Below, piece after piece: positions 38,988 to 53,774 of a stretch of 64,000 nucleotides of DNA (position 1 is its first letter; each line of letters begins with the position of its first letter). The stretch covers positions 7,874,001 to 7,938,000 of the forward strand of contig CM102286.1 in assembly GCA_046563655.1 (NCBI GenBank), read 5' to 3'. The notes beneath the pieces were generated by a model, which saw only the letters and a program-made list of their open reading frames with translations, had not been told where the DNA came from and ran no database searches. Made by a program: the position numbers and the translations under genes. The DNA is from Yuukianura sp. NJ FZ-2021. Lineage: Eukaryota.

Positions 38988-39840
38988 TTAATTTCTAAAA
39001 TTACTAAAAACCCTGTGACGCTCACACAATGATGTGTCGCTATTTAAGTATTGATCGTTTGAAGGTGCAATGGTACGCACTGGTACGCAGTCAAATTGTA
39101 TAATGTTTTTGACCATGAACTACTTATTTTCTAATCCGTTCAAGTAAACACGATGTTTCTAAAAAATTAATTCTGTCAAGTTACATAACGTTTTAGGAAG
39201 ATTGGACCACTCGCGCCATATTTGAATTTAACAAAATAAAAACGATCTAAGTTACGTGACGGATATTGTAGGGAAGCGGATCCATTTTCCGACGACGCCA
39301 AATCTAAAAGATGCAGTCAACAATCACAGTATCTTAAAATACTTGAATTTGCAACTACCTACTTTCTGTTAATTACTTTAACAAAATTGGCAAGTTACAG
39401 TAACGTATGTGATTAGAAGTTACTTCGATATGGATTCCCTCTTACGAAGACAACTTAAGTGTGAGGTGACTGTTTGCTGCTCATGCTCGTGTCGAAAGTT
39501 TTGTCAAATTGGAAATGGAATATGCCGTGCGCATGTTCAGAAAACTTGTCACTGATTCAATACTGTTGTGTTTGAATAATCATCCAAAATTACTTGGAGC
39601 GAAAAAAAAAAACGGATTTAATTTATAAACTCGAGTGTCCACTTTCGGCTATTATAACTTACGTGCGCTCAGCCGATAAAGTTTCAAATGCCAAACCTAA
39701 CGTTTGGCACTCGTTTCGAAATACTCGCGAGAAATTAACTTAAGCCGAGCTGGTAAAAATACGAGAATTAAGTGTTGATTGTTGAACGTGTGAGGCGACG
39801 ACTTGAAAATACGAAATTCGTTAAATGAGTTCAGTTTAAC

Positions 39841-42748
39841 CTATGCGAGTACGCAATCCATCCCGCCTGCACCATCTTCATCGTCATCATCGTCGTCCTC
39901 CCAGTCCAAATCTTCCATTGAGTCAGAATCATCATCGTCTTCCTGCCGACGTTCCTAAGAATATAAACTGAAATTATCTTCACAAAATCACAAAGCAAAA
40001 CCTAAGCCTTGTAAAAGCAATTTTTGTTGGTGCTTACCGCACGAACTCTGCGAACTGCCCGCATTTGATGCCGCAGCGCCCACATTATAAAGCCATCAGA
40101 AACTGTTTGTGAATTGCCAGCATTTTCTCTTTTCCTCTTGTTTCGCTTTACAGTCGTAAGCAAGTCGGACATTTTGGGCGGAAACTCCTGCCCAGGCACC
40201 CATATTTTAATGTCGTCATCTAGGCCACTCGTTGCCAAAATTGGAGCCTATGGAACCAAAAAGGATAAGTAATTGTTAATCGTTAATAGTTGATGTTGAT
40301 TACTAATTAACCAGGGAAGTAGCTATAAAAGACAAACGAAAGGAATCGAAAGAGATCACTTCCCGTAGGATGTCCTTCCAGACAATTGACTACTCCCTTA
40401 TCGTCTCCGCGGAAGAAGTTGACAATACTTTCCGTGTTCTTCTCCCAAATGAAAATGTTTCCACAATCTGAGCCGGAAATTATAAATTGACTCTTGTCTC
40501 CAAAGAAGTTCACACCCTTGACGGTCATGCTGTTCCGATGCCCCTCATATTTCTTTATGAAGTCGGCGCCATCGGAATGTGACGAGTCAAAGAGGTAGAT
40601 GTGCTCATCGTTGTAACTTGCTAAGATTTCATTTCCGTTGTAGTTGTACACAGCACTTGTTACGTTCGTTTTTGAGAATGGGTCACTACTGTTGGCTCGA
40701 CTCATCAGATGATGCGGACAGAATTTTTTCACAGGTTGAAATGCAGTTCGGCGTAAGTCGGCTCGAAATTCAGAGTCTGCGTCACGGGAGCTTGTTCTAG
40801 GAGCAGATTCGCTTACCAACTTGCGAATATCAAAAATGCGAACGTAAGAATCTTTTCCAGACACACAGAACTCGTGGGGTTGCAGTGGATTCAGACTCAA
40901 GCTGTATAATGCCACTTTCTTGCCATTTTCCCTGACGTTTAGAATCCTAGAATCAAAAGTTCATTCCATATTTACTTATAATATCCCTATTTATTTTAAT
41001 AGTTTAACCTTTACTAATCACTTACCTATTCGGCTTATCTTCCCGCGTATCAATGCTGAAAACAACTGCGTCCTCACCACAGCTAAGGATAACGTTTGGA
41101 TTGTCAACACTGATTGATAGTTTGTGGCACGGTCCCCTGTGTTGAGCTAGTTTCCTGGAAGACCGAACTATGAATCCATCAAAAATTGCATAATTAAACA
41201 AGCGTAAAAATTATCACTGGTTGGCTATGTTACTTGATAAATTACCTTCACCAGAGGAAGAAAGCTCATTCAATCGCACTTGGTTATCCCTTCCGCTGGA
41301 AACAATCATAGTATCCGTCCCCAGAAACGGAATAAACTTGGCCTAATAAATAATAGAAAATACGGACGAATTGATACTTAAGAGCCAGTGCTGGACACAA
41401 ACGTACTCTTCCCATTTAGTACAATTTTGTGTCGTATCGTATCGTATTGTTAGATCAAGTATCGTACTGTTCCTTTACCTGAAAGACATTCGCCCTGTGT
41501 CCAGAACGAAAAGAAGTGAGACACTTGCCCAAAGTGTAGTTCCAAATTTTAATGTCCAGATCATCGCTCCCGCTGACCAGTCTTGTTCCAGAGTGGTTAA
41601 AACCAAGACAGTTAACACATCCTTGGTGACCTTCAAGCTTCGCCATTAGTTCCAGTCTTTCAGCAGAAAATAGTGACCCATAGAACTCGGCACGAAAATA
41701 TTGTTCAGCTTGAGCCTGTTTCCGGCCGGCATTCCTTCCACGACCATAACCAACTTCTCTTTGGACTAGAGCTCTTGGAGGATTCCAAGTTTCTTTCGGT
41801 TTTGGTTTGCACAAAGGACTCGGTAACGAATCGGGCACTTTCTTGTCAGCCTTACTGTCATTTTTCTTTTTGTTATCCACTGAAGAGTTCCCTGCTGTAT
41901 TTTCCTCACCATTACCTGAAACAAGAGCAGATTAACTATATTTGCTAAATTCGCTTTACTTATTACTAACCAATATTATTAGTATTAGCACAATGGAAAT
42001 AAAGTCTTGTCTTACCCCCATTTTCATCTCCATCCGGTAGCGATTCTTCCTCGGAAGAAGATGATGTTTCTTCAAACAGCATATCCCTAGAATCCTCATC
42101 ATGATCGTCGGATGAGGACGACTCGTTGTCTATGTCAATTTCAACATCTCCATCATCGGTAGTATGATTAAGGGAAGATTCATCGCCCTCTTCATGTTCC
42201 GTACTAGCAGTAGTGTCCTGAACATTAGCTGATCCACTTCGCCGATTTCGCAGTGTAGTGAACCGAGGTTCAGAATCCGACGATTGAGCATGAGCCACAT
42301 CCTCGTCATGGTCACTATCGTGTTGCCTCCGATATTTCGCCAAAGGGATACCCTGATTTTGAGAATCGGCTTTTGCCGGCCTCTTCCCTTCAACGCTCCT
42401 GGAACGTGGTCTCGACGGCCCCGGTGCATCACCTACAGGGTCATTATTGATATCATCGTTGACCGTCTCCTCTTCACTGAATGAATTCGATTCCCGCCTA
42501 TAACATCGGTTTCGTGTTTTCGAGTTTGAAGGTTTCGAGTGGCCATGACTTTTTGGATTATCCTCTGCTACTTGAACCAAGTTCGGCAAGTCTAATTCGA
42601 GGAGTTCAGGCTGCTGTTGAACAATTTCGTCCGTATCCGTTATCGTAAGTGCTTGCACCTTTTGCAATGGTTCCACAGCGTCGACGCATTCATCCTCACT
42701 CTGCGCCTGCACTGAATTCTCCATTCTACTCGTAGTTGCTGGGATCAT
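39841..42748 (-). CDS. DCAF8: DDB1- and CUL4-associated factor 8-like WD40 protein (start uncertain)
   Basis: Acidic N-terminus; LEGHQGCVNCL, LVSGSDDL, SGHRANVFQAKF, YEGHRNSMTVKGVNFFG, SGSDCGNIFIW, LATSGLDDDIKIW. Confidence 0.88.
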
Positions 42749-44597
42749 GCTGGGATCAGTTATACGCAATGATGGATTTGCGAGGGCGCTTGAGACTGAG
42801 ACAGCTTTGTCCACATTCGAAGAGTTCTAAAAAAAAAACAATTATTACTTACAGACTGTTAGCAAGTTAGTGTATTTACAAACACAACTTCTGGATGTTG
42901 AAAAGTTACAACAAGTATGCTTACATCGTTTTTGTCCGCACTAGTATAATCCAACTTCTCTTAAGGGATGAATTTTAGGACCAGATCGACGATTTGCGGT
43001 ATTTCGGTTAAGTAACGTAAGATTCTTACGTCCAAAGGGTTTTTTCTTATTCTTATTTGCCAATCTTATGTTGTCTGTCGGCAACAAATCAAAGTTGTAC
43101 GATGTAGAAATAGGAATACCCAAGAATACTTACGTACTTAGGTTTTAGTCGTAATACTAAAAATATTATTGCTGACGACTTTTGTTTGTTGATTCTTTCA
43201 GAATCCAAGAGTTGAGTTAGAGATCAAAGATCAAAAAGATCAAGATCAAAAATCTCCCAAAAAGAACAGAAAAAAAGAGTTGGCTGTACTAGCACACGCA
43301 AACACTTTATCGACATGGTTCAATTGTTTGATCTGGGCATTTTCCGTCTTGTCACTTTTAATCACTATTTACAACCTGAGCACCAATATTAATTTGGAGA
43401 AAAACTGAACATTTAATACACAGCTTTACTGGGATTTTAATAGACTTATAACAGTAGTTAAGTTGTATTAGTGTTAAATTCAGTCAATGACAATAATTAA
43501 ATTATAACTGTTATAGTTATACCCATCTTTGACGTGGGTGCACTTTTAGTGGCGGTGGTAAGCAAAATATTGAAAGCTCGTAAGCTGTGTTTTGTTTTTG
43601 TTTACTTTTGTTCAATTTTATTCAGTTTTCTTTCAGTTGCATTAACATGCATCTCCTTACTTTTATAACGTCTCGGAAATTAATGAATTAACCAATGAAT
43701 GCAATTAATACACCATCTATTTGGTAACAGTTAATTACATTTTAAATCGGTTTCATTTGAATGTTTTGCCGGTCTTCGTATAAGCATAATAACCTTCCTC
43801 GTTATATTGGCCTAGCTTCATTGCTGCGAAAGTGGAGTTCGACGAATTTACAATGCAATTTGTTGATTACGATTACAAAGTATTGACGCTTAATTGGAAT
43901 CATTCAACACCACTTGTTATCGTAATTCGTAATAAACCAATTTGCGACGGGGCGGTCGACGGTACTACGATGATTCTACTCCGTTGCTGGAAAGAAAACT
44001 GACAAATTCTCCTGCTGTGTTCTGCTGGTGCTGACGCTGAGTTTTGTCCCGGAAATACTTTGGAGTACATTTTACAAAAAATACTCCAACGCGAGGGCGA
44101 GGAAGCAAGTTGCTGCAAGCTCGCTCTTTTCTTCCTGTCCTAGAGAATGGTGAGTCCCATCCCGACTCCATTGGCAACAAGTTAGGTAATATCTTCCCAT
44201 TTGAAAACTATAAACAAGCATGTTTATTCATTGGTTGCTGACATGGATTATGGTTTTATTTACTTGCTAATTTTTAGGGCACGGGTGGGGGTTGACGGCT
44301 GAAATTCATGCCAAACCCAGTTTAAATTTTCCGTATTAGTGAATGTGTTTTCGCCCCATTCTTTCTTATTGGTTCTGTATGAACCGATAAGATTATTATT
44401 ATCGATTCGAAACGAGCTGTCACCAACAAGAGCGAACGAAATTAGTATGCCGAACTTGCGTTAACTTCAAATTTTTATTGCTATTTTTACACAGGGTTGA
44501 AGCACTTTGGATACACATTTTTACTTTTGAGGATCTTCATAAAATTGACGCTGCTGTGATAGTTTCCTCATCTTTTCGTCGGATTACCCGGAATTGG

Positions 44598-47500
44598 ATG
44601 GAGAAGTCAAACATTGCGTGAGTTTATCGCAAACATTTAACACAAACTGTTTGTGTTAGCTTAATTTTTGATGGTGTTGAGCAGTTTGTAATTGATTTTT
44701 TTAGACTGGATGAAGCCGATCGCCATGATTCCCGTGCGAAGCCCCATCCTGTCGATGCTGCTAATTGGTTCTCCTTCAGCACATTCTCATGGATCACTTC
44801 ACTCATGTACTCATCTTACCGAAATGGGTTAAATCCTACCGAAATTCCATTCGTGTCGCTTTGGGAATCATCTCAATTGAACACTGACCAATTAGAGAAG
44901 AATTGGAATGAACAACTGAAGATGTCTTCCGCAAGTCCCGGACGTAACAATTCACGATTTGGAAAAATCGTATGGAGTTATGTCCGCAAACGTGTCTTGC
45001 TTACAAGCATCGTGTATTTAACCTCGGTTCTGGTCGGATTTATAACTCCAACTATCTGTATGCGACAACTGCTAAGATTCTCAGCGAACCCTGCAGCCAC
45101 CCTGGGCGAAGGCGTGTTTTGGGTTGCGCTGCTAATCCTCTGTGAATTTATTCGAGTCGGACTTTTTACTCTAACGTGGGCTCTGGGATATCGGTAAGTT
45201 CAGCACAAATCGGTATTTAGAAGGACTGCATCGAAGTAGTACCTAACACCAAACTTTTCTGTATCTGTTGTACGGATTGACTGTAATTGTTATTAATAGG
45301 ACGTCGATTCGATTGAAAACTGCTGCGATGGGCCTCACATACCGAAAACTGCTCCGTCTGGGTTATGTTACCGACAGTACTGCTTCTACAGTAAGGAAAT
45401 TGATTTATTTGTAAAAGTGTATTCATTCTTTCCTTGATAATATTTTGAACTACTATGAATTCGTCCACAGATAACGAATGTCATCGTTAACGACTGCAAC
45501 CGAATTTATGAAGTCATCGTTACGACACAGTTAGCAATTGGAGGACCGTTTGTGCTCATCCTCTCTGCCATTTACATTACGTATGAATTGGGACCAGTGG
45601 CGCTCGTAGGGTTGATGGTCTTTCCGCTATTTTATCCCATTCAAGTAAGAATTGCTATAGACCTGCTTGTGACCGTGTTGTTGTTATGTTCTAAAGTGAA
45701 ATTATTTACAGTATTTATTGGCAAAAGGAAGCGGAATGTGTAAACGGAATGCAGTCTATATTCAGGATACTCGAATCACCTTCGTGTCACAGGCGCTACA
45801 TTACTTGAAATTTCTAAAGATGTTCGCCTGGGAAAAATATTTTCGGAATCTTATTTGCGGTGAGTGAGTTAAAACAACTTGAAAATATTTTTTAAAGGTT
45901 CATGAATTACAGTTTTCTTTATTCCTGATTGTTTTTCCCATTAGATGCGAGACTTTCCGAGAAGAAATTCATTCAGCGAGCTCAGTTGTTGTTGAGCATG
46001 AGCGTCGTCATTGCGCCTACGCTTCCACACATTGGGGCTATCATCACATTTCTTCTGTACATTAATTCCGGTCATAATCTTTACCCGGCTCAGGTGAAGC
46101 GATCGATTTTACAGTCAATAATTTTCATTTTTCAATGTGCTAAGCTATTACTGTTTCCTCTTACCCCGAAATTCTTTTGAAACGCCATGTGAAGCTTTAT
46201 ATGTTGTATTGTTGTACCATACAACTTGTATGTAGCTTGTTTGTTCAATTTACAGGCTTTCTGCGTTGTGGCAATCTTTAGTGGAAGAATTCGGCCGTCC
46301 ATTAACAAAGTCCGTTCTGGTCTACGTTCATATTTCGATGCTCAAATTGCCATCGAAAGATTAGAGGTGCTTGGGAAATATTTATTCTAACACTCTTTAT
46401 TGTTGTATCCTCCATCCGCTTTATTCGTAGTTCTACTTGCTTTTTCTCTTTTTTCGTTTGCTTTCGTCTGCTATTCATCGTTTTAAACTAATTCCAATGA
46501 TATTAGTAGTAGCATATACCATTTTTAAAACTCTTTTCAGGCATTTACGATGTTATTTTTATTTTCTCTATTTGGTTACTCCGTGCGTTCTATTACACAA
46601 ATCTTTGATTTCGCCAATGCATTTCATCTTTTTACGAAACGGATGGAGGTACAACGTTATTGCTTCGGAGAAAAAAACGCATTAATTACAAAATGTTAAT
46701 GTGACGCTGTTTTTGTGTTCAGGCTGTCTTGATGATCCCGGAGATGCGACGGGGGGAGCACGACAAGACTATTCTCGGAGAAAAGTCTAACGTAATCTCT
46801 CTCAAGCAAGTCACACTTCGTCGCCGTGCCCCGGTCGATTCGTCACAACGTATTGGCAAACGTAATCGCAAAGTGAAACAGGCTACAGCAAATTTCGGAA
46901 GAACGGAACAGGAAAAGACCGACCCGAGATCGCCAGTTTGCACCTCCACTGAAGGTCAGAAATTGCTGACACAAAACCAAGTTCCGGAAGTTATTGCCTT
47001 TCAAATGGAGGATATTAGTCTATCAATCAAAAAAGTAAGTTCGTTTTTACATTTTTGCTTGCACTTTTGCTAACGCTATTTACATTCTTTTCTGCTTTTA
47101 ACAGGGTTCGTTTGTCGGGATTTGTGGCCAAGTCGGCAGCGGAAAAAGTGAGTTGGACTTCTTTACTAAAACTACGGCCATAACTTTCGGCTTCTGTATA
47201 CAAGACACAACTTTCTATAACTTTTATTGCATCGTTCTTTCCATTTTATTTGCTCATGCTGCCATCGTACACCACAATACTTAAATTCGTGCAACTGAAG
47301 GTACTTTCTTGGAAGCAATCGCTGGTGCGCTTACCGTAGAGCAAGGAACGCTGAATGTGTTTGGCTCGATTGCCTATGCTGCTCAAGAGCCATGGTAATG
47401 CCAGCTTCAATAACATAGAAGTTTAGGAAAGCTTCTTGATTCTTATGGTTCTTTAGTCTAAATTTTAAACTTCAAACTTTACCTTAAACCATTACTGGTT

Positions 47501-50500
47501 ACTTTCACTAACCCAGTTTCTTCCCACCATTCCTGATTTGTGAAATTGGTTAATCATCTGAGCTCTTTTCTTTCAGGATTTTCAAAGGCACTATCAGAGA
47601 TAACATTTTGTTTGGAGAGGATTTTGACTCCGTCCGGTATTACAGCACAATCAGTGCATGCTGTTTGGTCAATGACTTTGGCTCTTTCCCCCTTGGGGAT
47701 CTGACGGATGCTATAGAAAAAGGGAGCAACTTATCCGGAGGGCAGAAATCTAGAATTTCCATGGCCCGGGTTCTTTACCATGCTAATACCCGTGATTTGT
47801 TTCTACTGGACGATCCATTTGCAGCGTTGGATTCGCGTGTAGCGAAAACTGTCTACGAACGTGCCATTGTGGAGGGATTGAGGGGAGACAAAAAGAAGAC
47901 TGTGATTTTAGTCACACATCAATTGCAGTATTTACGAGATTGTGACGAAATTTTAGTCATGTCCGATGGAAAATTTGTTGAGAGGGGCACGCATGCGTAA
48001 GTGACTCAATGATTGTTTTTATAAATTGATCACTTTGAACATTTTTCTCTTATCAAAGGGAATTGGTAGCCAATAACTCTACGCTATATAACGGTCTTTT
48101 GGCTGCAACCCATGAAGATGAGGACCATACTAGTCAAATCATGTATGGTTTTACTACTATAAAAGTTAGCACGGATTACATTCATTTTAATTAAACTTTT
48201 TTATTCTAACTACTTCAGGTTAGAAGATTCCGAACTCCTTGAATGCACATACTCTGATGTGGACGCCGACTCCAATGGCACCTTTACTCTGAAGACACCT
48301 ACGAAAAAGAAAGGTCAACTGTCTTTGACTGGAGACCTCAAAAGTGGAATTCCTTGGGGAGTGTACAAACTTTACATTGACAGTGCTGGAGGATTCCTAG
48401 CGGCACTTTCGGTCGCCTTCGCGTTTGCATTGAGTATTGGTTCGACTGCTTTTAGTAGCTGGTGGTTAAAACACTGGTTCAGTTCCAGCGCTACCACCGT
48501 CTGGCAAAATTCCACTGACAATACAAGTGTAACGGTAGAAGTAATTAGTGAAGACGCTCCTGGATTCGCTTTGAACAGAGACATTTACACCGGGCTCATC
48601 GGAATCATCTTGTTCGCCGGCATCTTCCGCACGTTGGTCTTCGTATTTGTGAGTTTTTCGGCAGAATTTAGATGCTTTTATTTATTTCTTGGTTTTAACA
48701 ACACTGTTTTCCCTTATATAGACTGCAATTCGTGCTTCACAAGGTCTGCATTCCCAGCTACTTACACGTTTCTTTCGGAATCGATTAAGATCCACTGAGA
48801 AGATTGGTATAGGACAAATACTTACGCTGTTTTCAAAAGACATGGAACAAGGTAAGAGTGGTTCAGAAGATCTCAAATTATAGTTTAAGCATTTAGGCCA
48901 ATTCAATAATCGGTGTTTACTTTTTCTAGTTGATCTGGCGCTTCCGAACACATTGGAATTTTTCTTACAAAATGTTTGCATTGTCATTTCCATATTTGTT
49001 CTCGTGACACTCGTTTTTCCTGTGTTTTTGATTCCGTTGCTCATCCTCTGTGCTATTTTCATCTTCATCAGGCGTGTGTACAAGTAAGTAAAATAAGCTA
49101 ACCTTATTTTGATCATGATTTTTTTTCACTCATCGGAACGGAATGAAGTGCTTACTATAAAAAAATTTATAACAAAATAATGCATATTTTGTGTTTTGGT
49201 TTATACAGCGCTGCTATTAGAGACTTGAAACGTTTAGAAAGCGAAGCGAAAGCTCCCATCTTCACAAGAGTCGAGGAAACTGTAAGCGGAATTGCAACGA
49301 TTCGAGCGTTTTCCAAAGAAGATAAAGCGTTGAAGAGTTTCAACAAGCTGTCCGATGAGTACCACTCTATTTTTTACACGTTCAATGCCGCTGTACGTTG
49401 GCTTTCTTTTCGGCTCGACTGTCTTGCAGGTAAGGTTTACACATGAAATAGAAATAGAGATAGTTATGTTTACAGTGGTTCAATGTCAACTGAACGTTCT
49501 GTTTCAATATACTAGTTTCCGTGACTGGCGTGACTGCAATCCTCATTCTAATTTTTCACGGCAAAGTGGATGGCAGCGCCGCAGGATTGGCTCTTGCCTA
49601 CGCAGCTCAGCTCAGTGGAATTTTCCAATTTACCGTCCGCCTTGCAACCGAAACACAAACTCGATTTGTGTCAGTTGAACGAATGCGAAACTTTGTTCTC
49701 CGAAGTAATCCAGAAGAACCCGAACTATTTGAGTGTGGCAAGAACGGGAAACCAGTCCGGAACCGTTCCAGTGTTGCTGAAAAGCTTATTGCACTACAAA
49801 GTTGGAACGACGTTAATCGAAATTGGCCAGCTCGAGGTCACGTGAAGTTTGATTCCGTCTATATGAGCTATTCGCTTGAGCATGAAGTAGTTCTCAAGGA
49901 CTTGAGCTTCGAAGCTCTACCGGGACAGAAGATTGGAATCATTGGAAGAACCGGAAGTGGGAAAAGCTCAATTGGAAGTGCTTTGTTTCGACTCACTGAA
50001 ATCAAGAGTGGAACAATTTCTATCGACGAAGTTGATATTGCCGAGGTCTCACTTTCGAAGTTACGAAATTCCCTTTGTGTTATTCCACAAGATCCGGCAG
50101 TTTTCCAGCAGAGTATTCGTTTTAATTTGGATCCAAGCAAGAGCTTTTCAGATGCAGAATTGTGGACAGTGCTGGATAAAACTGGCCTCAAAAGTTCAAT
50201 CGAAAGCTTGGATGCTGAAGTTGGATTAAGTCAAGGGCAACGTCAACTTCTCTCCATTGCTCGAGCACTTCTCCGCAGAGCTACGGTAAATCATTATTGA
50301 ATTATAATTAACATACTAATCTTAATTTCGACGACTTTGCGTTTGAGTGCTAATTTGTTCAATCGTTGCTGGTTTTAGGTTCTCTTTGTCGACGAAGCAA
50401 CGTCGGCAATTGACAATGAAACTTCGGCCGTGATAGATCGCCTCTTAGCAGAGGAGTTTACGAATTCCACTGTCTTCATAATTGCTCATCGACTCAAATC

Positions 50501-50721
50501 TCTCTCATACTGTGATCATCTTCTAATCATGGACAACGGACAGGTACGATAAACAACCAATTACTCTTTTCTGTTCCTTAAGTCTATTTTCATTGAAATT
50601 TTTGGATATTCAGGCTCGAGATTTTGGACCTGTCGGAACCATTACCAAGAAGGCTGAATTTGCTTCGCATTTTGAAAAATTCGAACCCCGATGTCGTAGG
50701 TTGGACGGGCGGAAGCCTTAG
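44598..50721 (+). CDS. ABC transporter subfamily C (short MRP, ABCC5-like)
   Basis: HPVDAANWFSFSTFSW, Walker A GQVGSGK and GRTGSGKS, signatures LSGGQ and LSQGQ, Walker B LLDD and FVDEA; two TM domains; stop TAG 50719-50721. Confidence 0.9.
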
Positions 50722-51037
50722 CCCTGTTGCATTTCAACCACAAGATGTGTTCTGTAAATTAAAATGTCAAAATTAAATCCAAAATTTTTGCACGAATATT
50801 CTTTTTTTAAATCTCAATTTTAAAACGGTTCTATTATTATTATTAATTATTCAATTACTTTTAATTTGATACAGGTCGAAAGTTACCATGTTTTAGATAT
50901 TAGCGTAATGCTAATGAGTTCAAAATCTCGTAAGTTAACCATTTCAATCTTTTTGACGCCAATGCTTCTGCTAAGATTCTATGAGTTCATGTCTTTAGGC
51001 GAGTTTATTATGGTCGCAGTTTTTCGTTTTTTTTTCT

Positions 51038-53774
51038 TCAATTCTTACGTCCCAGCTCATCGATTGCCGGGTACTCATAATCGGATAGGATTGATAATTT
51101 TGTATCATCTTTCTCTTTCGTACTGGTTATTGAATCAGACGGTCGGATTTGTTCATCTCCAATGGGAAATACACTGTCGTCGTCATTTTCATCCACTCCT
51201 TTACTCAGGAGTCGTGGACCGGCGAGGGAGATTCCAATGGCTCCAATCGGAGCACTCAAGATGATGCCTACCACTGCCATGCACACAATTAGCTTCGCAA
51301 TGCATATCATTTGAACAGTATGTGCTTTTTCTAGGACTTGACTCAATACTATTGGAGCCAACGCCGCCTGGAAAGTAAACCCAGAAACATTACTCAATTT
51401 TCCACCGATTCATACAAATACGGTGAGTTGCACTTACTTGGACAGTGGCTTTTGGTACCCATGATATAGCTACAAAGAGACACTCCTTTTTGTTCAGGCG
51501 AGCGTATCTTGCGATGCAGAAACTGACAATGGATCGAGCCACCAATGAAATCAAAATGATCCCAATGACGCGTCCAATACCTGTATTTGAAAATTCCGGG
51601 AATATTTAAATGCAAATGCGCTGTAAACGTTATAATTTAGCAGTTGTCAACACATTTACAGTTTGGCGCGAAAACATCCCAGTAGTCGTTTTGGAGACGT
51701 TGATCGTGAGCGGTCATGTTGTAAGTTACTTTGTACGGGTCGTTCTTTTCTGGGACAAACCGAATTTCCTTGCCAATTGTTCCGAACAGAATTGGGACGA
51801 AAATTGTCCAAATGTGGCCTATTGTAAGCAAATGAGTCTGTAAATGATCACTGATTTGTTTGTTTTGTTTTTTTTAAGGTTGCGTTCTTGCGTTATACCC
51901 AGTGTGTGTTCAACCTTGTTGAAAGAGTTTCTCCAGTGTTGCTGTGATCTCCAGCCGAAACTTGCCACAAAGGAAGTGACAAGCACTCCAATTGACCCCG
52001 CTCCGCTGAACACATTTGACCTTTCATATGCCAGCATTGTTGCGATGTTTAGAATCAGGATGAGCACAAATCGCTGCATCGCTCTTGATGGAGAGGCATT
52101 GGACGGCACGAAATGAAGGAAGCATCCAACTACAATGCCATGGACAACACCCAATGGAATTGCGCCAATTGTGGCGAGAATTCGGCCCCAGTTGGTGTCG
52201 ATGGCTGTGAGAGGTATTAAAATATATGGAATAACTTGAAAATTATTTAACTAAAGTACAACTAACGATAAGTTAATTAATTAAAACTCATTACACTTAC
52301 AGATTCCATGCTCAGGAGGCGTTTCACATCCTTTGAAACTGGATGCCGGTGACGGTTTGGCTTGTGAAAGACCAATGGAGAGACAAATTGTGTACAACGT
52401 AATGGCCAGGACGTCGTCAATACTGGAACTTGCAATCAATAGAGTTGGTATCCCTTTGGCCACACCGAATCCGCGCTTCTTCAGTGACTAAGAATAAGAA
52501 GTGAATGCCATTGACATCGATACATTCGTTTGCGACCTAATTTACCATTGCACCCGGAACCACGACTGCTGGAGACACCGCTGAAAGTGCAAATCTGCAA
52601 GAATTGCTCAACTGATTTCCCATTTTGTGGATTGGCATTTACACTTGCGCAAAACAATACTTACCCAGACACCAAGCAAAGCCAAACGGAAGGTTCCAGG
52701 TCACTGAAGAATGCGTAGAAGAGACCTGCGCAAGCCAAGGCTTCGATCACGCATGGACCAAACGCAAGCATAGGAACGACACCTTTCAATTTCTTCAGTT
52801 GCTTCGGGCTGAGTTCCAGTCCAGCACGCGTAAGAATTAGAGTTAAAGCGATTTGGCTGTGAAAAAAGTAGAATGACCTTTGACCTCAATTTGAATTTCA
52901 GGTTGTAAGTCACAACTTGTAACTTTTACCGGATAGGGTCAATCCAATGAGCAACGGAATAGAGGAGATGCTTATTGCAGCATGTCACCAGCGCTTGCTC
53001 ATTCAAGCGATTGAAGGTGACATTGTGGAAGTGCAACTCTTCGTAGCATTCTGACAGTGTAACAAATGATTGACCGAAGACCTTGAAGATGTAGCTGTCC
53101 AGCACATCCACATTTCTAATGAGGATTCCTATTGCAAGTGGAGCCAGCAGTGCTGGAAAGCCGATAAGGCGCATGCCCATGCCCGAAAAAAGCCTACGAT
53201 TTTCATAACAACGGAGAGAAGTTGTCGTCAATTCATCAATTAACTTGAACTTGCTCTTGAGATTGAAACGAAATCAACTTTTTTTCTTTTTGGTTGCTAA
53301 AGATTATACCCAACAATTTCCAGGATTAGGAGTGCCAGGATTGGCCCAGTTGCAAATTTTCCAAAAAGAAGCAACAAGATGAGCCAGGATCCGCCGAGAA
53401 TTATAAGGAATGCGACAATTCGTGGAAGTGGACCGCTCGGAGGGCATTGGAAAAAATAGACCATTCGATCGTGACATGTCGGCTCTGTTGGAGGTCGGAG
53501 TGTCGCATTATCAAAACAAGTACACCAGTTTGGGTAAAACCTGGCAACAATTTTTAACTTTTTGAAATTTTGGTCTTTAGTAGCAATATTTAGCTGCTAA
53601 AAAATTCCAGAGAAAGAAGTTTTGTTTTTACCTGATCAGACTGCTGCTTTTGGCTTCCAAGAAGCCCGTGTCGCTATGTTTCCCGATGTCCCTACTTATA
53701 CTTGGCGTAACGTCGACATCAATTACACTAGTGTCTGAATTTGGTAACTGCTGTTTGTCAATGAAAAATGACAT
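51038..53774 (-). CDS. Na+/H+ antiporter SLC9B (NHA) family; 3' end uncertain
   Basis: KGIPTLLIASSSIDDVLAI, SGVSPAVVVP, VPILFGTIG, KECLFVAISWVPKATVQAAL, IILSAPIGA. Confidence 0.88.
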